A stretch of DNA of 63,016 bases, the filler included, from Reticulomyxa filosa (Eukaryota > Protista > Foraminifera): NCBI GenBank assembly GCA_000512085.1. It is 18 parts of 18 records of this genome, joined end to end, with 100 filler letters (N's around TTAATTAATTAA, not from the genome) between each part and the next. Parts side by side here need not be neighbours in the genome. Positions count along the whole stretch, not along the records: positions 16,144 to 24,860 come from ASPP01005862.1; positions 24,961 to 28,802 come from ASPP01000145.1; positions 28,903 to 34,006 come from ASPP01020899.1; positions 34,107 to 35,340 come from ASPP01013496.1; positions 35,441 to 37,922 come from ASPP01024196.1; 13 more parts are not named here. One strand, written 5' to 3'. The position numbers and the translations under genes are program-made. The notes beneath the pieces were generated by a model, which was not told where the DNA came from, made no database searches, and was given only the letters and a program-made list of their open reading frames with translations. How positions within the stretch are numbered: position 1 is the stretch's first letter; the number at the start of each line of letters is the position of its first letter. This document shows, in pieces, positions 24,812-38,022 of the stretch.

Positions 24812-25699
24812 GTTCAATTGAAGAGAAGAACAAAGAGAAAAAGGAAGGGGGGGGGGTAGGNNNNNNNNNNNNNNNNNNNNNNNNNNNNNNNNNNNNNNNN
24901 NNNNTTAATTAATTAANNNNNNNNNNNNNNNNNNNNNNNNNNNNNNNNNNNNNNNNNNNNGGCATTTTAGGTGTCAACTTTCTTTTTATCTTACTGTATT
25001 ATGTCATTCACTTTCCAGTTAGCCTTAATGTATTCAATTTTTTCATATAATCATATACTTTTGACAATACTTCTTTCTTTTTAGAATCACTGTCATAACT
25101 ATAACATGGTATATGTTTGTCTGCTATTACTACATTTATATCTTTCGCAATTTCTTTATTTTACTTATGTAACCTTGGCCAATGCAAATTAAAAGTTTTT
25201 TGTTTTTTGTTATTGAAAAGGAAACATAATGCATAATCAATTTTTGATAAGTTTCTCCAATTGCACTTCGTAAATATATGTACAATCGTATTAGTGTCTT
25301 TGGATTTAAATCTATTTTACATTTAGTTCCAAATGAAAATACTATTGTCAGTAATTGTTTCATCATATTATTTCTTTCGTTTTCGTTTTTGATATAGTTG
25401 TCCTTTTTATATCTTTTTCAGATATCTTCGGAAATATTTGTTATTTCTGAATTTAGCTAAAAAAAAATTAGCTGTTTTGCTTTCTATCAGCAATTTGGAT
25501 ATAGAATTTTTTTGCAAAAAAGTGGCGATTACAGAATTAGTTCAAACAAATTTTTACAATTAAAAATAGTTTTATGTTTTAAAGTCATTCAAAAATTGAA
25601 GACTAAATTCTGGTCTTGTAATTATAATATTATAGTAAAACTAGTACTAAGATATAGTAATAGAAATTAGAATGGAAACATAAAATGTAATTTAAACAG

Positions 25700-26190
25700 T
25701 AAAAAGAATGAAACTTTCTACGTCAAATGATGACCCAATTGTGGCCATGTTTCACGTGGTTATTGTACTACAATATCAAGAAGTATGTTTGCTTTGTAAT
25801 ATCAAATTAACTCGAACTACAAATTCATTGTTGTCATTATTCAAATGTTTGCTTGTCAGTGACAACCAAGTTTTATTATTTGATACTTAAAGTAATATGT
25901 AAAATTCAGTTAGAAAAGTTTTTTGAATAAATTTGTTAACAAAAGTATTAGCTCTTAATTGAGTTGAATTTTAATTATTTAGTATCCATTTTTATTTCAA
26001 TTAAGAGTATTGTTGAACACGTTGACATTTGGCTTTTAACAATTTTCTTAGGAATTGTTGTTATTTCCTTTTATGTGTATCTTCAAATACCATGTTGGAC
26101 ATCAAGACACTATGTTGTATTCCAAGCACATCTGATATATCGAAAGGATATAGCATTATAAAATAATAACAGACAATTTTTGCGTGCTTC
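25700..26190 (-). pseudogene. Probable decayed WD40-repeat gene
   Basis: Remnant WD40-like peptides with many stops; weak evidence. Confidence 0.3.
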
Positions 26191-26353
26191 AAAATTTCTA
26201 GCTTGCCATGGACACAATCTTTTCGTTTGTATTCTCTTTTGTCTTCTGTTATTCTTGTAGAAAGTTGGAGGGGAAAAGAGCCGAAGGAAGCAAGTTTTTT
26301 AAGAAAAAAAAGTTTGATTGTGCTATCCCGACATCATTAAAATCTGAATTGTA

Positions 26354-28099
26354 ATGTCTTACGGAGGTTTTGAGAGTAGCAATGTGCCCCTTGTTGTTGA
26401 CAATGTTACGAAATGTTCTGTTGTGCATTTGGATTACTGTTTCAATACAATTTGCTTGTGGACAGGGTACCGGCACAATAAAAGTTGGCCAAGCAGAAAA
26501 ACCATGGCCTCAAGCACAAATTCCCAACATGTCAATTAACTTTTATGTCATTCTTTTTCTTTGTATTTTGTGTGAAGGAAATATGTAGAGACCAGAAAAC
26601 AAATGCGACAGCGTCGGGACGCCTCGACACACAAGAGTAATTTTGTCCGCAGCCAGAAGAGTTAACTTATCTTTTCATGCGTCATGGCAAAGCTGTCAAA
26701 AAAAAAAACACTTTGCAATATTCAAACAAATAGGAACGTATTATAGGCAGTGAAGCGTTAGAAAAAAAAGGCTTGTTTCGACTCTCACGACCAATGAAAC
26801 ACGGTGTAATTGAAAACCATCAAGACATGACCGACATTTGGGAACACATGTATAATCACGTTTTGAACGTTCCTTCAAAAGAAGTTAAACCTATGTTTTA
26901 AGTAAAAAAGGAACGTAAAGGGTTTAGAAAGTTAAAGGCGGGGGATGACATCAAAGAAATTTTTTGATTGACAAATGCGTGAATTTTCATATGGAATTGG
27001 GATGGACGGGAAATAGTATCCAGTGTTGTTGACAGAAGCTCTGGATAACCCAGTTCGAAACCGTGCGGCCATGGCAAAGACATTCTTTGAGGCCTTTGAT
27101 GCACCGGCGTTATTTTTTGCACCTCCTCCAGTGTTGGCGTTGTACGCATCAGGGAGATTGACTGGATGTGTATTGGACAGCGGTCATGGCATAACACAGT
27201 GTGTGCCAATTTATGATGGATTCGCTTTACCTCATGCCGTTAGCCGAATGGAAGTTGCCGGTGGTGATGTTGACAAGTACTTTGAGTATTTGATCCGAAA
27301 GTTTTCTGGGGTCACGTTCCATACCAGCAGCGAGTTGGAACTTGTCAGAGAATTAAAGGAACAATAGTTAGTTCAACTGCTGTATTTTATCTTGTGTTTG
27401 AAGTCCTCACATTCAAAAATGAGGAGGGGGGACATATTTTGTGCGTTTAATTAATAAGCAACATGACACAAAAATGAAAAAAGTTGCGAATTAATGGACA
27501 CCAAAAATAATCGTAACGCACTCCCGTCGTTGGCTGGACGATCATTAAATCAAAGAAACGAAGAAGAGGGTAATTCTATTGAGGTCAAGTTGCCAGATGG
27601 AAAAACATTGAATTTGGGCAATGCTAGGTTCCGTGCTCCTGAGGTACTTTTTGAGCCATCGTTGATCGGACTGGAATATCGTGGTATTCACTATTGCGTG
27701 TTGGACAGTATTGCAAAAGCAGATTTGGAATTAAGACGCAACCTGTATCAGCAAATTTTGTTGAGCGGAGGATCTACTATGACCAAGGAATTTGGTAAAC
27801 GATTGCTGGCTGAATTAAAACTTAATTGTGGACTGAAAAATCCTAAATTCAAAATCTTCGCTCCAGTCAAAAGAGAGTTTCGTATTTACTGTCTTCTCAG
27901 TCTGCTTTTTTTTCCTTTCAGATCTGTTGGCCTGTGTCATACACGTTAAAATTTGTGTTTGTCAATTTACTCAAGCTTAACGGCTTGGGCAGGTGGTTCG
28001 GTTCTTGCGATGATTCAAGGATTTCAGGAAATGTGGATCACCAAGAAAGAGTACGATGACTCCGGAAATCGCATTTTGTACAAAAAGAGCTTTTTCTGA
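26354..28099 (+). CDS. ARP1: Actin-related protein, Arp1/centractin-like
   Basis: Spliced: PLVVDN|GTGTIKVG...IVGTPRH...PMKHGVIE...|YPVLLTEA...LALYASGRLTGCVLDSGHG...FHTSSELELVRELKEQ|YCEL...LSGGSTM...WITKKEY. The FHTSxExE motif is Arp1-like. Stop at 28097-28099. Confidence 0.85.
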
Positions 28100-28902
28100 A
28101 AAGATTAAAGAGGCTTTGAAAGTGATTTGTTGTTTGTGGCAAAGTCAAGCCCAGGTCAGCTTTTTGATGAACTGCGTGCTTTGAATGTCGCACATGTCTT
28201 GTTACTTGCCATTTTTTGATGATTGAGGGAAGTTGCAAATATCAATTTTCAAAAAACACTCCCAAAATGTCTTTTTCTAATTTTGCAATTTGGCATTTCT
28301 CCGACAGTTAAACAACATTGTCCGGATTCTGACATTAAGTTCATGAGGATTGCGGTTGCGGAAACTTGAATATTTTCCAATAAAAACTATCAAACTAGTG
28401 CTTGACATTTACTTATGGAATTATATAACACGTACCAACTCATCGTGTTATATAAAAGACGAATAAAAAACCATCTAAAATATTACCTTATAAAAATATT
28501 GATTTTCTCCATGAAAAATCTGCATGAAAATACTCATGTAGGAAGATTGAGAGGTAGCACCAAGTGTAATACGAAAGTAAAGAGATAAACAACTCACTGA
28601 CAAAGAAATACCTTTTATTCTATCTTTCAAAACTTTAATTTTTTTAATTTTAAGCAATTCAAATATTTTATATTCAAAATTTAATATCATAATGTAGGAG
28701 AAGCTCCTATAAAGTAAAAGGGGCTGATGAGCCCCCGGTGGGTTAAACTTTCCTAACTCTTCACAACAACCTTTCTTGTGTTTTTTTCCCTTTACTCTTT
28801 CGNNNNNNNNNNNNNNNNNNNNNNNNNNNNNNNNNNNNNNNNNNNNTTAATTAATTAANNNNNNNNNNNNNNNNNNNNNNNNNNNNNNNNNNNNNNNNNN
28901 NN

Positions 28903-29342
28903 AATCAATTATTATAATGTATGTGGCATCGATGGAAAAAAAAAAAAAAAGTACCGGCACTATATTGGAATATTGATGCATTGATGTAGTACTTGTTTTC
29001 AATTGGGGCAAAAATCGAGTTTGTTTTTGAGTCATATGCAAGGTCGCCAATGTGGTCACTTTGCACTGCGGGCGCATTGATTGCACACTGGGGAATTGGG
29101 TTTGCATTGATTTTTGTTGTCACAAATGGAACTTTTTGACTATCTGCTGACAAAATTAGCCATTGCCCACTGAGAAACAACGTCCCGTCAGACGCAAATG
29201 TTAAACCCTCGTTGACAAACATTTGGACGGGTTCGGTTAGCGCTGTTTGCGCTACCAACGTCCACTCACAATCAGCCAATGTTCTTGTTAAATTCACAAA
29301 CCATGCAATTACAACAAAAATGATAAATTGAATCCTTATCAT
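28903..29342 (-). CDS. Secreted putative beta-propeller protein, 3' truncated
   Basis: N-terminal signal peptide MIRIQFIIFVVIAWFVNLTRTLA; blade-like motifs EGLTFASDG and DHIGDLAYD...IFAPIE. Confidence 0.55.
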
Positions 29343-29755
29343 GTTCTTCGATTTTTGCCCTAATAAATCTTTTCAACTTTTTGCCTCCCTTCTTTCACAG
29401 TTTTATTGTTTTTATCAAACGACACCACAAATAATGAAAATTTTTTATCGAAACAAAATATGTCGATCAGAAATGCATATATTCGTGATTTTTTATCATC
29501 TATCATAGTGAATAAGTGGAAAGGAAAATGAAATATAATTAGCACTTCAAAGGAAATTTTTAAAATTTTGTGAAGATATCTTGGATGTCCCCAATAGTAA
29601 CAATACAAAAAAAAGGGAAAATTATTTTCATACACAAAAAAAAAGAGTACTTTCTCCCATTTTTTTTTTTGTTACACAGTAAAAACTAATTTATTGTTTG
29701 CACAATGAAAGAACGCAGTAAAATGTGTCGTCCTTGGAGAGAAAAAAAATATGTT

Positions 29756-30582
29756 ATTGTTTGGCGCTTAGCAGTTTGACGATATCCCTATGGTGTCATT
29801 GAAAAGCACATAGAAGAACATATCGACTCGGCAAACGGTATATCGAAGATTAAAGAAGCAAAAAAAAAAAAAAGAGGAGCGGAAAAGAAAAACCTGAGAT
29901 TCTGTATCTCAGAAGAAGTTTGTTGAACCAAGTGCAATTTTTGCAAATGCAAGTGTTTGATTTGGCGTTTGAGTACTTTTACTTGCTGCTTTAGCATTGG
30001 CTTGGTCATATCTTTGAACTGGTCGTTAGTACGTATATCTGATGGAAGTGAAGGAGAGGGTAATGGAATTGAAGAAATTTTGATTGGAGAGTTTTGCAAG
30101 TGACTTTTTATTTCTTGGATTTGCTTTTTTTTTAAACGAGATTTTTCGTGTTCCAATTTAATCTTTTCTTTTAAATATTCAATTTTTTTTTCCGTTTTTT
30201 TCGACTCAAGTTGTAATTTGCTCATTATTTTGTCAATTAATATTTGCATTTTTTGTTTCAATTCGCTATTTTTACCTCTTTCTTGATTCAATTTGGTGTT
30301 CATTTCTTCAATGTCTTTCTTTATTCTATTTTCCTCACTATTTGCCTCTTCAGGACCTTTTGGTGTCTCTATTGCATCATCTTCAATATTGAACTTAAAC
30401 GTCCTCGTTTCTCCTTCTTCCGGTATTATTTCCACATTCGTCGTTGCTGCGACTGGTGCTATTCCTTCTTCTCGGCCTTTTTCTTTGTTTGGGTCATTTG
30501 AATTTCTGTCAAGTACACTTGGAATATGGTATCGAGGTGTGTCATTTTTCAATAAGCGGTAAGGGTTCTGTCCAGTGCTCAT
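29756..30582 (-). CDS. Hypothetical coiled-coil protein
   Basis: 264-aa ORF with heptad-rich K/E/Q/L stretches; probable final intron (from about 29894) leading to RDIVKLLSAKQ*. Confidence 0.6.
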
Positions 30583-31514
30583 TTAATTGCTGCTGCTTTT
30601 TTCTCGTAATTTACTTTGTTTACCTTAAAGTCATCAATTGCATATCCTTTTTTTCAAAAGAACAAGTTTTGCAAATTTACTTGCACTTATTCCAAATATT
30701 TTCTTCTTTTGAGTGTGATATTTTGTTATCAAATTTTGTGTATCGTTACCACACATGCAATATTGTTAAATTTTTCAATAAAAAACCAAAATCATATTTA
30801 AAAACTACACTATTCGACGATATTTTTAAAAAATTAGATCTGGATGTTGTTTTTTCATGAAGAAAATCATCTCTATATGTGCCATTTTATGTTTTAACTT
30901 TTGCATTATACTATATATTGTATCCATAATGAGCTAGTGTTTTATATTGACTCATTTTTTCTAATCTATTTACGTTTTTTATTGACAAATATCTTTTTTT
31001 CGGATTATAAGCCGATACATATCTCATTATACACTACGTTTCCTGCTGCTGGATTATTATTTTTTGTTTGAATTGATGTGTCAATACATTATTTTCGTTC
31101 ATTTTAAAGTTCATTTCTTTGCAATAAGGATTATTTTTTCTTGTTGCAATAATTAAATATTATTAAATAGTTTTTCCGAAAATGTATTCTTCAAAAAAAA
31201 ATTTATTTTTGGAAACACTTTTGAGCCTCTTACTGCTACCAAGACCGATGTAGACTTTGCTAAAAATCTGTAGATTAGAAAAGGTTGCAACGAGATCCTT
31301 GTTTTCATGCTTGTTAAAAAACATAATAGAAAAAATGGTTTTCACCACAAAAAAAGGGAAAGAAAAATATAGCAACCACGTTGGTCATGAATCCGGAAAG
31401 TATTTACTCTTGAGCAAATACAACAGGGCCTATTTATAGTTTATTATACAAGCGACATAACAATGAAAGCGTCTGCTAAAAAAGAATATTATTTATCGCC
31501 TCTCCCCATTTAGC

Positions 31515-33963
31515 TTAACCAAGTTTTGCAGTTTTATAATCGGTTCTGACTTTTAACCATTCCATGATGTCATCCAAATCACCGCTCCATTTGGCTTGGT
31601 GAATTAAATCTTGCACACTTTCAGGTGGCACTCCCAATAATTGAACTTTTTCACTAAATACATACAAATAAATAATGAATATTGCGGATCAAGAAAAAAA
31701 GAGGTGTGAAAAAGAAAGTTCTTAACACTAAGTTTAAGAACAATTCATCCACCCTTTCGATATGGAAGCTGGCCATGGTATCTCGATACTCTTTCAAATC
31801 TTGTGTTAATATCATACAACCCAATTCTGATACTTGCATTTTTTTCAAATGCACAACCAATGCACTTTTACAGAAATGCACAAAGATCAACAACAACAAA
31901 AAAAACAGAGTGAGTCAAGAAGATCAATAATTGCAAATTGATAAACAGATATAAAAGCAACAAACTGGTGAAATCGTGTTCCAAAAATCAAGAAAAATCG
32001 GTCCAAGTTTCTGCCATCCAAGCTAATAATTGCTTTTTTTCGGAATGTAGTTAAAAAAGCAACAACGTCTCGGCAAGTTTGAGTTTTTTCTAAAGTGTCA
32101 TCCATTTTAGGTCGATAATCAGTTTTTTTCTGCGTATCTTTCAATATTTTGGCGATATAATTGACAGAGGCTTGCAGTAAATGTTGCAATCCAGACAAGA
32201 TCTCTTTTTCAAAATTGGCATATTTTGCGTTTTTCGTGTCCACACAAACGGACTGCTCATTCATATCGCTCATATGAGGCAAGACAAAATTGACAAAGAA
32301 TTCCTCCAAGAGCTGGACTCCACCGTTGATTGTTTTCACAGCGTCAAAATAGTGCCAATTTTTGATTTCCGCCGGATGAGTCTTTGGCAAAGTTGCCCGA
32401 CATCTAGTTTTGTTATTGTTATTGTTGTGTTATTGGTCCATTACTTTGCTTATATCTTTTAACCATTGGACATGACACTGATTATATACATATAACATAT
32501 ATGCACGTACATACATATATATATATATATATGTATATATGTATATATGTGTATTTGCAAAAACAAAGCACGAAACAGTGGTAATAAATTACGTAGCAAC
32601 ATGTCCTCAACGGTGTCTAATAATAACATAAACAATGCATGGGCATGCTCACTCAATTTTTCACCATTGGTAAACAGCGGCAGTGAGTAGATGTCTGCCA
32701 ATCGGTCCAATACTCCTTTGGAGTTTTCCATTTGCAAACGATGGGACAACATATCCTCAAATGTTTTGGAACTTCGATCTGCGCTAACGGTGTTGATTAA
32801 CAGCAGATTCACTTTCATATCTTGGTTTGTTTGCTGTACATTTGGATGACAAATGCTTCGGCACATATGTGGAATCAGTTCATTTACTTTTGTGTCCAGC
32901 GCTTCTTGCAACCGGTCAAATTGCATTTGCTTCTCTTTTTCACCTTTCATTACGTTGACACTGGCTAACAATTTGCGCGCTTGTGGTTTCGATTTCTTCG
33001 AACTTTGTCTGCTTATTTCTTCTTCAATGTCCTCTTGATCTTCCAAATTCAGTGATCGGATCAGTTTTGACCAAATCTCTTCTTTCATGTGCTCTGCACA
33101 TGCATGCATACATATTATTATTATATATGTATATGTATATACGTACGTATAAATGTTATTCCAAAAAAAAAAAAAAAAAATATGAACAATAATTTGATTA
33201 TCTGAAAGCACGTCCTCACAATTGCAATATTATAAACATTGACTGTTTTGTATAACTGTGAAGTTCTTCTTTTTCAAAGCTAAAGTATCTTGACTCGGTG
33301 TCATCACTTATTTTCATCACATGTTCTTTGAACAAAATTGTAATATTACGACTTCTTCCAGTATTGCCGACAGACTATAAATGCATTTCAAAAAAAACAA
33401 AAAGTGACAATCAAAATGTTGGATATTTAATGATTATGTTATTATGATGAAAAGAGCAAAGATCATATATACATGGACATGCCAACCTATTTTGTCCCTC
33501 TTCGGCACTTCCTTCAAAGATGATCGTCACGACCGATTGTTTCAATCGTTGCAGCAAATCCTTGACGAACACATATAAGATGTGAACAACTTTGCAATAA
33601 GTGAGTTTAGGCGAGTGTATGATTTTGATGGTCCTCGTCTTTTGTTCGTTGGCATTGGATGCGGGTGCATTGTCTTCAGTTTTCACCTCAGGGGGTTCCA
33701 CAAACTTTTCTTCGGTCGCAAGCAAATTGCTGGAAGATTGATTGGTGGCAACGTCATTTAAAATTGGGTTGACCACGATATCTACAAACGGTTTGATCTG
33801 TTCGTGCACAATTTTCCCAATCAATACGCGTATCACATCGCTCGGCTTCAAGAATATCTTCACAATGTCTTTCGCGCTCTTTTCAAACGTATCGACTACG
33901 GAGTTACAAAACAAAGCCGTTTCTTTCCCAAACTTTTCGTAGGTATCATAGAAATGGTTTTGC
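31515..33963 (-). CDS. SEC10: Exocyst complex component Sec10 (EXOC5), 5' truncated, multi-exon
   Basis: TQKKTDYRPK, SLDGRNLDRFFLIFGTRF, HLKKMQVSELGCMILTQDLKEY and the C-terminal LLGVPPE...WLKVRTDYKTAKLG* are Sec10 hallmarks. Confidence 0.88.
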
Positions 33964-34006
<43 letters not shown>

Positions 34007-34119
34007 NNNNNNNNNNNNNNNNNNNNNNNNNNNNNNNNNNNNNNNNNNNNTTAATTAATTAANNNNNNNNNNNNNNNNNNNNNNNNNNNNNNNNNNNNNN
34101 NNNNNNCCATCGAGCCGCC

Positions 34120-34308
34120 CTACCCCTCGGCCGTCAGCGGGCAGGTCGCAACCTTCGGGCAGCGGCTGGCCAGCGCGCAGGCCTCGGCAAGCACAACCGG
34201 CTCGGCATCGTCTTGGCCGATCCCGCTCACCCATTCGATCCGCTGGAACACGGGCACAGAGCGCCGCAGCTCGGCGCAGTGATACTGGGTCTTGTTGATG
34301 GTCTGCAT
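34120..34308 (-). CDS. Small Cys-rich bacterial hypothetical protein (62 aa)
   Basis: GGAG Shine-Dalgarno upstream of ATG 34308; MQTINKTQYHC...CALASRCPKVATCPLTAEG*. Confidence 0.5.
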   Translation of the reverse strand: MQTINKTQYHCAELRRSVPVFQRIEWVSGIGQDDAEPVVLAEACALASRCPKVATCPLTAEG

Positions 34309-34415
34309 GGAGTCGATCTCCGGTGGTTGAACAAGCCACCATGCTTGCGTCACGACTCCCCGAGCACCACAACAAGCTGCTTGCGGCATATCTATATATA
34401 TACCTATATACCTAC

Positions 34416-34454
34416 AAAAAAAGGCATTGGCCGGGCATCGACCCGGCCGGTGTT
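34416..34454 (-). terminator. Intrinsic terminator-like hairpin
   Basis: GGCCGGG-6nt-CCCGGCC stem (34429-34448) followed on the minus strand by T7. Confidence 0.5.
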
Positions 34455-34820
34455 CGGCTGTTGGAGAAAGAGCCGGGTCAAGGGCCGTAGGGGTGGCTGG
34501 CGCGGCCCGCAGCGCAGCGAGGACACGGGCCACCCCGAAGGGCGCAGCGCACCCTTGACGTGGATCGAGCGACCGGAGCCTCAAGCCGTGGAGCAGTGGA
34601 GTCCAAAGGCCGCTAGGCCGTCCCCACTGCTCCCACGGCGTGTGGGGCCAAGACCCCACACCGGGGAGTCCAGAACCCCAAAGGGGGGTTTTGGTCGCCG
34701 GGACGGCGAAAGCGTCAGCCGACCGAAGGGAGGGAAGGATGGAAGCCCGCAGGGGTCGAGACGCCGCAGGTGGCTCGATGCGCAGCACGACAGCCCGGCC
34801 CGAAGGGAGACGCCCGGCTG

Positions 34821-35174
34821 CTACTCGTGGCGAACTGGACGACGCTGGCCAGCCACACCGGCACCGGACGAAAGCAGCTTGACCGACTGCACAAAATCCA
34901 GCGACAGCAGGTGCATCACGAGGTCGATGCCACCGCCGCCGCCCTTCTCTGCCCGCGTGTCGTACCACTTTGGGCCTGTGACCAGCAGCTCCCAAGCATG
35001 ACCCTCCGGCGACGACACGTAGAGCCGCACCGTTCGCACGTCCTTCTCGGGCTTGAAGTCAGCGTCCCGCCGCCAAAACAGCTTTCCGGCATCGCGCAGC
35101 CGGTCGAGAACCTGCGACAAGGGCATCTCCCGCACCCATCGCAGCGTCTCATCGTCGAAAGATTTTCGAGCCAT
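34821..35174 (-). CDS. Bacterial mobile-element protein resembling the N-terminal domain of plasmid primase/Toprim proteins
   Basis: Purine-rich SD (GGAGGGGTAGAGG) before ATG; motif KWYD...GGGGIDLVMHLLSLDFVQSVKLL resembles the G-G-x-x-ID-L...F-x-x-A-V tail of primase zinc-binding domains, but without cysteines. Confidence 0.6.
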   Translation of the reverse strand: MARKSFDDETLRWVREMPLSQVLDRLRDAGKLFWRRDADFKPEKDVRTVRLYVSSPEGHAWELLVTGPKWYDTRAEKGGGGGIDLVMHLLSLDFVQSVKLLSSGAGVAGQRRPVRHE

Positions 35175-36149
35175 CCTCTACCCCTCCAAAACGACACTCA
35201 ACTGACCCAGCCACCACGCCGAAAAGTCACGGGGGGGCCGCGCTGACGCGCGGCGGAACACCCTCCGGGCTTCGCCCTGCGCACCCCTGATGGACAACTC
35301 TGACGAGTTGCCCACGAGGGGCTTGCGGCTACTCGCGATTNNNNNNNNNNNNNNNNNNNNNNNNNNNNNNNNNNNNNNNNNNNNTTAATTAATTAANNNN
35401 NNNNNNNNNNNNNNNNNNNNNNNNNNNNNNNNNNNNNNNNTGATTGATAAGTTTAAATTCATTCTTGTAACTTTTTTTAGTTTTTTCTTGAGATAATGTT
35501 TGATGATGAAAGATGAAAAAAATAATTGAACTTTTGTTTAAAAAAGGAAAAATTGAACTAATGTGTACATAAGAAACATTTTGAAATGAAAGATAAATGT
35601 TACATTTTGTAAAATATAAAAATATCTTTGCATCGCAATAATCAGTAACAACAATTTTACAACGCAAAAATTTTAAAATTAAAAAATAGAAGGTTACTTA
35701 TTTTTTAATTTTGTATTAAATCTGTGTAAGCAGAAATACTTTTTAGAATAAATTGTAAGATATTTGTGAATGAAATAAATAAGCGTTGATATTTATAAAT
35801 TTCTTTAATGTTAACAATTTCAATTTAATTTTTGTTAGATCTTACGACAAAACAATTTGTTTATGATCAACTTTGTAAATTCAATCTAAAGGGAAAGTTA
35901 TTTATGTAATTTTATTTGAATATTTCAAAAAGAAGTAGAAGAAGATACCACAATGTTTATTTCCATAAATATCCTTAAGCAAGGATATGCAAATTTTCGA
36001 TTGCCATCAGATGGATTAAAAAATTTACAAATCAAAAGCAATCATAACAAAAACGTCAAAATATACTTTTCCAATGAAACAACTTAACAAAGTAATAGAT
36101 ATTGGCATTTCTATCCAAAGTTTAAAATATAAAAAACACTTTATTAAAA

Positions 36150-37204
36150 TGAATCATTTGGACCAGTAAATTGATGTTCTTATGTAGCTGACCAAATGGT
36201 CAAAAATCCATTGTTATTATATCCATATAATGAAATATTTTTATTTATATTTATTCCTCTCGTTGTTGGAATATTTTCACCACGATAATAAATATTTTTG
36301 AAAAATCTTTGAAAGAGTCCATTTCATGACAATTCAATATTGTACGCATTTTTGTCAATTGATAAAGAGCTTAATATTTCTATCCTTTCATGTCCACAAA
36401 TTATTATTATATTATCAATTCATCATATTTTTTAGTATTTTCGTGAAGTTTATGCTTTGCAATTGTTTTATCATTTGCGTAGATTGATTGCATTCAAACT
36501 TGGTATTCTTACATTCTATCTGTCAAATATACAATATAATTGGTTTTTTATTAATAGCTTTATGATCTACATCTCCAGCAATACTTTGATCAGAATCAGG
36601 AGATTCTACTAACATAATATATTCCAATTGATATCTTGTACAGTACATTAGCGTCATGAAATACAGATTCTAATAAACTATCAAATAAAAATTTATCATT
36701 AAAGAGCGTATTAAAATACTTAAATACATTCTTCCATTTCTGCGAGCATACGTATAATATCACCATTCATTTTTTCTTTTTCTTCAAATAAAACAATTTT
36801 GATAACAATTGTTCTGCAGTACTAAAATCTTGTGAAAATAACATAACTTGTGCTATTAATATACGAATAGTATTTATTCTTCTAATCGATTGAAACATTG
36901 ACATCAATCAACGAATATTCTTAACATTGCATTGTAATCAACAAAATACTAACATAAACCTTCCTAATTGTGCACCTAATGCTTTAACCGATTCTATTTT
37001 ATCACCCAATTTAGCATATAATGCTAAATATGCTTTATCTGTTAAAGACATTGTACTAATTTTTTGTTCTATATCATTTGTAGATGAACATATTGGCCAA
37101 TTTGTATCTAATGTTGTTCTCCATTCCTCTATTACTTCTACTTCTTCTATGTTATTACCAATCAAACAGTTGTCATGAGCTTCGACTGGACAAGAATTTG
37201 AGTT
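36150..37204 (-). pseudogene. Decayed chimeric gene containing a RING-family remnant
   Basis: NSNSCPVEAHDNCL (37204-37163) resembles NSNSCPVQPHEN in the gene at 62237; it is followed by unrelated coding-like sequence with stops. Confidence 0.5.
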
Positions 37205-38022
37205 TTGACTGTTTTATCATCAAATGAAAATATAACCATTTGATAGTGGCAGAATATTACACATGAATAAATGCAATTGTATCTTAAGAAAATATTTTAT
37301 GCAAAATTTTTGGTGAAATGTTATATATTAATTAACAATATCAAAGATTTTATCCCAAGACAATATTAATAAAATATGCAAATAATGTGTAATTTCAAAT
37401 GCAAAATAGAAAGTTTAAATGATCATTGAATAATTTTTGTTGATTGAAATCATTTGGATGTAGATACAAAGTAGAAAACGATTATGTATCAATCAAACAT
37501 AATGAATGAAGGAATATTGAATTAAGTTATTTTTTAAAAAATGACAATCTTAATTTAAAAATGTTGGTGTTATAATTATTAAATGTAATCTTTTTTGAAT
37601 GCAAAATTAAAGTTGTTTTGCTTGAATAAAAAAGTAAAGATATAATGATGTGTCCTCCTAGTTTAAATTGAGTTATTCGTGCACATAATTTAAAAATTAG
37701 TGCTTGGATCAAAGAAATGGCTAAAAGAAAACAGGATCTTTAAAAATTAGATTTGACCGAATACTCCAAACAAACACTTTTATCAGCTGATCTAGATAAT
37801 ATCATATTTTCACAATCAATATTTCCATCAAGCAGAAAACATATTTTACCATTTTGAGGACAAAGAAAAGGAAGTAATGTTACCAAAAAATTTTATTTAT
37901 TAAAAAAAGTTTGTGCCTTTTTNNNNNNNNNNNNNNNNNNNNNNNNNNNNNNNNNNNNNNNNNNNNTTAATTAATTAANNNNNNNNNNNNNNNNNNNNNN
38001 NNNNNNNNNNNNNNNNNNNNNN

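Larger units (their letters stand above)
34107..35340. mobile_element. GC-rich bacterial plasmid- or phage-like contig
   Basis: Sharp compositional contrast, no introns, SD-led small ORFs, a long hairpin-rich intergenic region and an AT island at 34388-34422. Confidence 0.6.

Noticed and set aside
24111-24817. Poly-Tyr and poly-Ile ORFs on the minus strand
   Set aside because: Alternative-frame readings of the (AAT)n microsatellite.
34535-34556. MOBQ-type oriT
   Set aside because: Only TGCGCCCT matches; the preceding TAAG of the consensus is absent and no relaxase is on the contig.
34120-35246. Long overlapping ORFs (291, 262 and 158 aa) in the GC-rich contig, and similar ones at 53062-54393
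   Set aside because: Expected shadow ORFs in high-GC DNA; Arg/Pro/Ala-rich with no motifs.
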